A DNA stretch of 49,249 bases, the filler included, from Stramenopiles sp. TOSAG23-3 (Eukaryota), in the NCBI GenBank assembly GCA_900128585.1. It is 4 parts of 4 records of this genome, joined end to end, with 100 filler letters (N's around TTAATTAATTAA, not from the genome) between each part and the next. Parts side by side here need not be neighbours in the genome. Positions count along the whole stretch, not along the records: positions 22,600 to 45,071 come from LT642335.1; positions 45,172 to 47,161 come from LT645173.1; positions 47,262 to 49,249 come from LT645174.1; 1 more part is not named here. One strand, given 5' to 3'. A program made the translations under genes and the position numbers. Positions within the stretch are counted from its first letter, which is position 1. Every line of letters starts with the position of its first letter. This document shows positions 42,001 through 49,249 of the stretch, in pieces. A model generated the notes under the pieces. That model saw only the letters and a program-made list of their open reading frames with translations, had not been told where the DNA came from and did not search any database.

Positions 42001-42216
42001 ATGGCGAAAAAGAAATGTAAATGTAAAAAGCGGGGACGGCCTCGCAAACCCGGTCGTCCAAAAGGGTCTAAGAACAAGAAAAAGACCAAAAGAAAGCAGC
42101 GAGGAGGCGCTGTCCCTGCTCTTGCTCTTCTGGCGGCACAAACCCTCGGGCCAGTTGCTCTCAAATTATTTTTAAAAAAATTAGAGGGGAATGGTCTTAG
42201 ATTACTTGGAAAATGA
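42001..42216 (+). CDS. Small pX/mu-like core protein with AT-hooks
   Basis: KRGRPRK and GRPKGSKNK AT-hooks, QRGG followed by a hydrophobic helix, then LEGN/GL; ends in TGA-CTA. Confidence 0.8.
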   Translation: MAKKKCKCKKRGRPRKPGRPKGSKNKKKTKRKQRGGAVPALALLAAQTLGPVALKLFLKKLEGNGLRLLGK

Positions 42217-42678
42217 CTACCAGACGATAGTGCTGGTTTAAGCAATTTTGAGTTAGACAACCTATTAAAGAATACCAAAAGTTATTTAGGGACTTTCAGT
42301 CATGATGCTATTCCTACCTTTTCGGCGAATAAAAGGCAAAGTGCGATAATTAATTATAATAATAGCGACCAATTGGGAAGTCATTGGGTTGCGATTTATA
42401 ATGACCCAAGCAAAAAATACATTGAGTTCTTTGATTCCTTTGGGGTAGTGCCTTCGGCTACAATTCAAAAAAAAATGCGAGCAACCAAAAAACGCATACT
42501 ATACAATACAAGCTCTATTCAACCAAAAGACTCTAATAAGTGCGGGCTCTACACTTATTTTTATATTATTATGCGAGAACGTGGTATGCCACCCTACGAT
42601 ATAATTTACCGCTTCACACCTAATAATAGTGAAGAGAACGATAGAATATTAATTGATTTGTTGGAAGACACAATATAA
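42217..42678 (+). CDS. Adenain-like (C5/Ulp1-fold) maturation cysteine protease; no ATG, in frame with the upstream core gene
   Basis: LSNFEL..., IIN....GSHWVA, FFDSFG, IQ....KCG (His-Asp-Gln-Cys). The frame is open from 42217, with no Met before the catalytic His. Confidence 0.9.
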   Translation, partial: LPDDSAGLSNFELDNLLKNTKSYLGTFSHDAIPTFSANKRQSAIINYNNSDQLGSHWVAIYNDPSKKYIEFFDSFGVVPSATIQKKMRATKKRILYNTSSIQPKDSNKCGLYTYFYIIMRERGMPPYDIIYRFTPNNSEENDRILIDLLEDTI

Positions 42679-42742
42679 TAGACAATACTTTATTATATTA
42701 TGAAAACCTATACTTAGAAATATATCATTTGATTATACTATA

Positions 42743-42991
42743 ATGAGTGTAAAACAGTATCACGCAGAATACATTGATGAATACCAATTTGGATACAAAT
42801 GTGATAGTTGTCCGAAGTATCATAGACATGGAAATTGTTTGGATTACAAAACGAACAGGGTAGAGCATAGAAGTTGTCATTGTGAAAAAATGGCGGGAGA
42901 TGTAGAAATTATAATTGATGAAAATACTATACGACGACTTAGTAGGCGAGAAAGACGGGAATACAATAAATATTTACAAAATCAAAGTTGA
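42743..42991 (+). CDS. Small Cys/His zinc-binding protein
   Basis: CDSC..YH.HG...EHRSCHC; TATAATG start. Confidence 0.7.
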   Translation: MSVKQYHAEYIDEYQFGYKCDSCPKYHRHGNCLDYKTNRVEHRSCHCEKMAGDVEIIIDENTIRRLSRRERREYNKYLQNQS

Positions 42992-43083
42992 AGCATTTTA
43001 GGGTTTTGAATTAATAAGGTTATAGCATTACATTAATTTCTTTAAATGGTTTTAATAATATAATAAGTAATAATTAATTAGTG

Positions 43084-43160
43084 AAAAAAAACCCACCCCC
43101 CGGCGGATTTTTGATTTTTCTTAAGGGAAACCCATTTTCGTAAAAGGGGTGGGTTTTTTT
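43084..43160. repeat. PLV intergenic imperfect palindrome, copy 7
   Basis: Lies between convergent genes and overlaps the stop of the ORF ending at 43159. Confidence 0.92.
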
Positions 43161-44135
43161 ATAAAGCTTCGGCTTCCAATTCGGCATTTATGTCCTCCGC
43201 CACCGACCAATTAGCACGCGCCCTTTTGTTTGGTGACTTGCCACGGTTACTCTTCTTCCGTTTGTTTGGCTTTTTCTTTTTGTCGGTTTTTGGCGTTGAT
43301 GTTTTTGCTGAACCCGCACTTTGTTGAGCTAAAAAAGCAGCAAACGCTTCTTGGTCAATACTTTTGAATTTCGCGTATCCGGCAGCATCGCTTACACCAC
43401 GGCTCAAAGGCTTTGGTGCTTCTTCTTCCTCTTCGTCATCGTTTTCGTATTGCCATGAGAAAGTTTGTTCATATTCTTCATCGGCAATTTCTTCGTAAGT
43501 GGCAACGGCATCGTCGTAATCTTTTCTTAAACAATTTTTATATTTGCCATCTTTAGTTTTTCCTTTGCCGTATAATTTTTTGCGGGCATCCGCAATTTCG
43601 TCTTCAACGTCTTCTTCATCCTCATCGCTGGATAGTTCGCCGTCATCCGCCAGCTTCTTGTTCAACTTCTTTATCTTTCGCATTTGCCTGGTTGCGGATT
43701 TTAAGATGGACTTAATTTGCTCTTCACTTTTTTTTAAAAGTCGGTTGTCCTTGTTGGACTCAACCCAATCGGCCAGCGTTCCCTCAATCGTTTGGTCAAG
43801 CTTCGTATCTTCGTAACCAAGTTTTTTCAAAACTTCTAAGTCAAGCGACTTTTCGGCGTGGGCGATTAAATAAGCCGCGTGAAGCATTTGCGTCTTGTAA
43901 TCCTTATCAAGAATTTCGCTGAATTCAGCATCAAGGGCAACTTCGTCCGTAAAGCGTTCGTTGTCTTCGTAGTCGGATTTAAAGTCGGCGGCGCGTTCCA
44001 TAATTTTTTGGACTGAGAAGTATTTGTTCTTTCCGCGGTTTTCTTTTGCTTCTTGTAGCTTAGAAGCATCGTAACCGATAATGTCGCTGGCGATTGCGAA
44101 CTGTTGGTCAAACATAACTTTCTTTTTGCCTTTTG
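43159..44135 (-). CDS. Acidic helical hypothetical protein with a basic C-terminal tail (5' end may lie in the N gap)
   Basis: The frame stays open upstream of the Met at 44115 (KGKKKVMFDQ) into the gap; tail TPKTDKKKKPNKRKK. Confidence 0.75.
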
Positions 44136-44617
44136 NNNNNNNNNNNNNNNNNNNNNNNNNNNNNNNNNNNNNNNNNNNNNNNNNNNNNNNNNNNNNNNNN
44201 NNNNNNNNNNNNNNNNNNNNNNNNNNNNNNNNNNNNNNNNNNNNNNNNNNNNNNNNNNNNNNNNNNNNNNNNNNNNNNNNNNNNNNNNNNNNNGAAAGAA
44301 GTAAAGCAATAGAGAAAGTAAAGGGACGGGGGTATTAATGAATTGAATAAGTGTTGCGTTGTTGCGTTGTTGTTGTGTAAAAATAAAAAGAAGAAAGAAA
44401 ATAAAAAGAAAGATTTTATTTCACAGAAGGAAATAGCATCAAAATTCAAAAAAGAAGGGAAGGGATGTAAATCAGATAATTTTATATTAACATACATACG
44501 GATAGTATTAAGAAAAAGGATGCGGGTAGTGGAAAAGTGGTGCGTGTAGCCGGAGTGAAAAAGTGGATTGGTTGGCGATGGAGGTAGTGGTTGTTGTGTT
44601 TATGTATAATTTATGTT

Positions 44618-44694
44618 AAAAAAAACCCCCCCCTTTTACGATTCTTGTGTTTCTATAAGGAAATGGTGTTTTCGTAAAAGGGGTGTATTTTTTT
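44618..44694. repeat. PLV intergenic imperfect palindrome, copy 8
   Basis: A8-C8-TTTTACGA...TCGTAAAAGGGGTGTA-T7 in the noncoding right end. Confidence 0.92.
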
Positions 44695-44849
44695 GGTTCG
44701 TTTTGTCTTGCTCATGGTCATTCATTCCTATCAAAATAAGTATTTGAACTCGGTAGTCTTAACCGACTTTGGGTTCGTGTGTAAAAAAAAAGGGAGGAAG
44801 CGATTTTATGTTCGTTGAGATAAAAATGGTTGATGAACGCAGACTATAT

Positions 44850-45071
44850 TAATCTCCCCTGTTTTCCTACCCCCGCCCTATCACGCCGTCACGTAGCCTC
44901 TATACTTAGCTTGTATAGTCCTGATAGTGATTTGGTGCTTGTAAGTGTCTTTTGGTATAGTATTATAGGTAAAATAATACTATAATTTAGCGTTAATAAC
45001 AGGGATTTATAGCCGCGGCGTTAGGCGGAGTTAGGCGTGATAGGGCGGGGGTAGGAAAACAGGGGAGATTA
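44850..45071. repeat. 38-bp perfect inverted repeat (44850-44887 / 45034-45071) enclosing 146 bp; MITE-like or terminal hairpin
   Basis: TAATCTCCCCTGTTTTCCTACCCCCGCCCTATCACGCC and its exact reverse complement, which ends at the contig end. Confidence 0.9.
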
Positions 45072-45402
45072 NNNNNNNNNNNNNNNNNNNNNNNNNNNNN
45101 NNNNNNNNNNNNNNNTTAATTAATTAANNNNNNNNNNNNNNNNNNNNNNNNNNNNNNNNNNNNNNNNNNNNCTTTCTTTCTTTTTTAGATTTCTTTCTTT
45201 CTTTCTTTCTTTCTTTTTTAGATTTCTTTCTTTCTTTCTTTCTTTTTTAGATTACAGAAAAAGAAACACAAAAATTCCCAACAACACAACTAAAAAAAAA
45301 ATATTATTTTTTATTAGGTTTAATAATACAACACAACAATGAAAAGAAGGAGGTATTTATTTCGCACTCCTCTTCTTCTTCTAGTATATATTTTTGTGTT
45401 TT

Positions 45403-46125
45403 TCACGCTTGGTTCACAGTTTTGTAATTGGCATAATACCTGTCGGTTTCCTGGGTGTAACTCAGCAAGTTTTGCTCGGCTTCCTTTTTCTTTTCCGTCT
45501 TTGTTCCGGTGTACTTGATCTGAACGATAAAGGCCAATAAGAAGAATAGGGTCATGATTCCAACGAAGACGTAGCGGCGATCGTCGTCCGACTTCAGGGT
45601 AATGTGCGTGAAGAAGGAGATTCCGCAAAAAAAAACCAATGTACCGATCGCACTGGTCGCAAGCATGACGATGTAACGCTCGGTTTTCACGGCTACGGTT
45701 CCGACTGCGATGCCAACAAGGGCATACGCCAAGTATGCGTAAAAGAACGGGATCCCGAAGGGAGCGGCGGTGCTGATGGCTGGGGCGAGAACGGTCAAGG
45801 TGTACACGCCGTACCCTCCTAGTCCTGCTCCAAGGGCAAACAACGCAAGCTTTTCGATGTAAACAAGTAATATCCCGCCAAGAACGGCAGCAATGATCGG
45901 GGCGGACACAGAGGTGACGGTCATTTCAACCTCGTTAAGATCCCATTGATTAGGCCCGAAGTGTTGAACAGCGCTATAAACGCCCCACCCGGCCGCAGCG
46001 GCACCGACAGTAAAGAAGGTTTGCTTCTTGAACCGTTGGCCATAGAAAGCTTGCAGCAGGCCGATAAGCATTGTCAATACGACAATGCCATTGTGAAAAT
46101 ACAGTTGTACGGTAGTCTGGTCCAT
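45403..46125 (-). CDS. TMEM198/TM7S3 (DUF4203)-like multi-pass membrane protein
   Basis: G....FYG.RF.K.TFF..G; about 7 TM segments; ATS..G. Confidence 0.75.
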   Translation of the reverse strand: MDQTTVQLYFHNGIVVLTMLIGLLQAFYGQRFKKQTFFTVGAAAAGWGVYSAVQHFGPNQWDLNEVEMTVTSVSAPIIAAVLGGILLVYIEKLALFALGAGLGGYGVYTLTVLAPAISTAAPFGIPFFYAYLAYALVGIAVGTVAVKTERYIVMLATSAIGTLVFFCGISFFTHITLKSDDDRRYVFVGIMTLFFLLAFIVQIKYTGTKTEKKKEAEQNLLSYTQETDRYYANYKTVNQA

Positions 46126-46874
46126 TTTGTGTTGTTGTTGTTGTTGGTATAAATAGAACTTCGTTATCTTGATGAGTCTAAAATATCTGCCGTCAATGCA
46201 GACTTAAACATTTTCACAATCGTATTTGTTAACTAAAACTTCTCAAACTAAATACATATTTTATTAATCATTATGATAATAATAATATGAAATAGACGAA
46301 GAAGAGAGGAGAAGATGATGATATAATACTACTGTATCATCATCAAAATGTTTTTTTTTTCTTTCAGCTTTCTTCAGCTTAATAATAACAACGATAGAAA
46401 ATATTATAATAATTTTTTTAATATTAAAATACCAGTCTCTTTATTTATAATACTCCTCTTCGTATTCATCCTTCTTCTTCATTTTTTTTATTCTCTTCTT
46501 CTTCTTCTTCTTTGTTATTTTTTTTATCATCAATCATCTCAATCATCACGCACAACAAATACATTAAATACCGTACAGCTCAATAGAAAGGACAGGAAAA
46601 AACAACACCACAATTTATTTATTAGAGTGTCTTCTATAGACGACTATGATAGTATTAATATAGCATAGCGTTGCTCTTTTTTAATAAATTATTTTATTTT
46701 TTGTGTAAAAATATTGAAGTTAGTAGAAGAAAAGTAAGAAAGGTACACCTGATAGAAATTAGTATTAGTATATGAAATACAACTAAAAGTATATAACCTA
46801 TCAAATTCAGCAACAAGTAATGTCATTAACAATCATCACATTAAAATTAAGTTAGGGTTACGGGTTATTATAGA

Positions 46875-47161
46875 TTATAGACCATTTGATTTGAGTATTA
46901 CCCCCCATGTGAAATTCGGAGGCCTGACTTGAAGGCCAAAAAAATCCAACACTGCCGGTTCTTTGTTGATGATATTCGTGTTTAACAAATAATTACCAAG
47001 TCGTACGATAAACTTGCCTCTGCTTTCAATAACGGATGCAGAGAATTTTGAAAACAGCCCACCGATTCCTTCAAGGGGCAGGGCGGGGAGGTGGTATCCG
47101 CCCAAAATTTTATACAACTCTTTCACTTCATTCCACCTTCTTACCACCCTTGCTACGTTGG
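46875..47161 (-). CDS. C-terminal fragment of a PX-domain protein (cut by the linker)
   Basis: V.RRW.E..EL...L....LPALP.....F...VIESR...L..LL......V..FF. Confidence 0.6.
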
Positions 47162-47261
47162 NNNNNNNNNNNNNNNNNNNNNNNNNNNNNNNNNNNNNNN
47201 NNNNNTTAATTAATTAANNNNNNNNNNNNNNNNNNNNNNNNNNNNNNNNNNNNNNNNNNNN

Positions 47262-48286
47262 CTCTTTTTTGCTGGCCCTTTCAATGCCTCTAATCGATAC
47301 TTGTTAACCTCTGCTATCTCTCTTCTCATGGTTTTCATCCTCGATATGTTCAGGTTTGCTTTGGAAGCTGCCTCGTAGTCGTCGCGGGCAATCGCGTAGT
47401 ATTTTTGCTCTTCCTCGGTGATTAAAGTGGTGCCTATCTCCCGGAGCTTATTTACTTGTTCTTGTAGCTTTTGCGCAAGCTTAAAATCTTCTCTAGACAC
47501 CGCACGCTTCTTTTCCGACTCCACAACATCCAGCACTCGCTGAGTAACGTGCTCCATGGTGGCAGCTGGTCTACTTGCTGCCACCAGGTCAAACCCCAAG
47601 CCCAACGACAAAAGCACTTCGTCAACTTCGTTGACCGTGGTATCTGTCGCAATTGAGTTGGAGGCCTTCAAGGCCCCCCAATCCCCAAGTTTCGGTAAAA
47701 TAAATGAAGAAGTTGGATCTTCGCTCGCTTTGAAATTTTTTGACTTTACTGCCGGACTAAAATCTATGTTAAATTCTGAGACATGAGGAACATTTTTAAT
47801 CCCATAAATCTCCACAGAAATTAAGCTAACTTGCTCGTACAAGTTTCGAACAGTATTGTGGCACTCTGTTATCTGAAGCTTTACAAAATTCGCGGTCGTG
47901 TCCAACCGGATCAACTTCGTTTCTCGCGCCGTGAAACCCGTTTGTTTGTTGCTGCTGAAATATATGTGCCCCATCCGTCTGAAATCGCACGCTCTGAATT
48001 CGTTTGCGACCCCCACAAAAAGTTCTATCCGTTTTCCTATAAAGGCCTCGTGCGATACTATGCGCAATTCTTTCAACAATGCGGACGCCTCGAGCTGAAA
48101 TACTAAAGTCTGGGGGAACGTGCAGTATTTATCAGACACCCACCCCAAGTTCGACCACGTTTGTGCCGCCTCTCCTTCCAAAGGCAGCATTTCTAAATTC
48201 GTTGCAGAATGCAACTCTTCTGCGGAAGAAGCGTACACCACTTTTACCTCAAGGCGTTCCCCACGCAAACTTTCATACTGAGCCAT
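47262..48286 (-). CDS. CEP104: Centrosomal/ciliary protein CEP104, N-terminal part (3' end cut by the linker)
   Basis: GW.S.K.C.FPQ.L, SHE..I..RIELFVG, F.R.G.I..S.N..TGF.ARE.K, H....NLY.QV.L, followed by UVR-like K..AV..EDF..A..L. Confidence 0.85.
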
Positions 48287-49249
48287 TAGTTACTTCCGAG
48301 AAACGTCTATCCCTGAAGGGTGTGGAACAGGCCCAAGTTCACTCCGGTATTGCTTTCACGCTAAAACAGTGCACCGAAGGCAAATTTTGACGGCGTACAA
48401 AATTCTGTTTTAAAAAAGAAGAATTAAGATAATAGCTACGAGCAAGTGTTCGAAGTTTTTATAATTAAAATGTCTAGGTCAGGGGCGGCGTCAGCTTGAA
48501 AAAATAATAATGAGTAATAATAAATACGAAAAGAAGAAAAAAGGACGACGACAAAGAAGTGAGTCTTGATTTTAACTACTGCTCTGCTGTTGAAATTTCA
48601 GCCGAGAAAAAATAGAATAACGGATGTGTCGTCAGATTATACAATAGACGACCGACAATGACAAATAATAAAGTATTACCATCGACAACGTGCCCAAGGT
48701 GAATAATGCCTGGCTTTCTTTCCTATATGAAACAGACCGTCAACTACTCCATTGTTGTATTAAATTTACATCCTGTATCACTTACGGAACGCAGCAATGC
48801 AGCACTAAACAACTCGTGCGTCCTGAGTCGTCAGCCCGTTTTACCTCATTGCTTCAAATTGTTGTCTACGTAAGCTACGAGACTCTATGGCTGGTAAAAT
48901 AAATTTGCACTGCATACCGACAGTACAGTACAGTACAGATACGGTAAAGAAATAATAAAGAAAACACAGTTTTTTCTGGCTTCTTCGTAAGTTGTTATTA
49001 CTACGGTTATGACAATAGGAAATATTCATAGGGGAAATGAATCTACAGACCACAGCACCACAGCACATTTTGATTGAGGAGAGAGAGAAAAAGAAGAAAA
49101 AAAAGTACGAGAATAAAAATACCACGAGTTTCTATCTATAAGATTACATTTGTTGTAGGAAAAACTTTTACGGTTAAAAAAATAAAAAGCATTACGCTTC
49201 AACAGTACTCTCTATGCACAACATCTCTTGAGCGTAAACACGTGGATGA

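Larger units (their letters stand above)
22601..45071. mobile_element. Polinton-like virus (PLV), near-complete genome, tyrosine-recombinase type
   Basis: MCP, minor capsid, A32-like ATPase, adenain-like protease, fiber, primase-helicase and YR within ~22.5 kb. Coding DNA is markedly more AT-rich than the host genes, dense and intronless. No pPolB or rve is seen. Confidence 0.93.

Noticed and set aside
42213-42230. ATG overlapping the core-gene stop as the protease start
   Set aside because: It is out of frame with the protease and gives MTTRR*.
42373-42678. ORF-track TTG start for the protease
   Set aside because: It would remove the conserved LSNFEL...IIN region and start three residues before the catalytic His.
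24971-44694. Palindromes as a CRISPR array
   Set aside because: They are kilobases apart, separated by genes, and there are no cas genes.
22601-45071. Long terminal inverted repeats
   Set aside because: The left end (22601-22760) shows only loose pyrimidine/purine-tract resemblance to the right end. No alignable TIR was found, and the ends may be incomplete.

Overview
Eukaryotic (protist-like, intron-poor, probably ciliated because it carries CEP104) assembly made of four contigs joined by artificial N-TTAATTAATTAA-N linkers (22500-22600, 45072-45171, 47162-47261), so neighbourhoods across the linkers are not biological. Contig 1 (1-22499) carries ordinary host genes: P4H fragment, eL42, WDR18/IPI3-like, sterol-desaturase family, EF-hand, class-V aminotransferase fused to a dioxygenase-like domain, malic enzyme, NZF/papain-like protein, Nudix, EamA and a TPR/cNMP protein. 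It also holds a decayed, virus-like patch (~7050-8980) that ends in a RuvC-like resolvase N-terminus and runs into a broken ankyrin gene. Contig 2 (22601-45071) is an AT-rich, near-complete Polinton-like virus (PLV) with AEP primase-UL9-like SF2 helicase, A32-like ATPase, S74 fiber, RING protein, tyrosine recombinase, minor and major capsid, core proteins and adenain-like protease, but no pPolB or rve integrase. Highlights: (1) the protease has no start codon and sits in frame behind an AT-hook core protein, separated only by TGA-CTA, which suggests a gag-pro-like stop-codon readthrough fusion with an adenain-type cleavage site just upstream of the stop; (2) eight ~77-bp imperfect palindromes divide the virus into gene modules; (3) the fiber gene needs a -1 shift at A-AAA-AAT. 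Contigs 3-4 hold TMEM198-like, PX-domain and CEP104 genes. All family calls are by motif recognition only; no searches were run.
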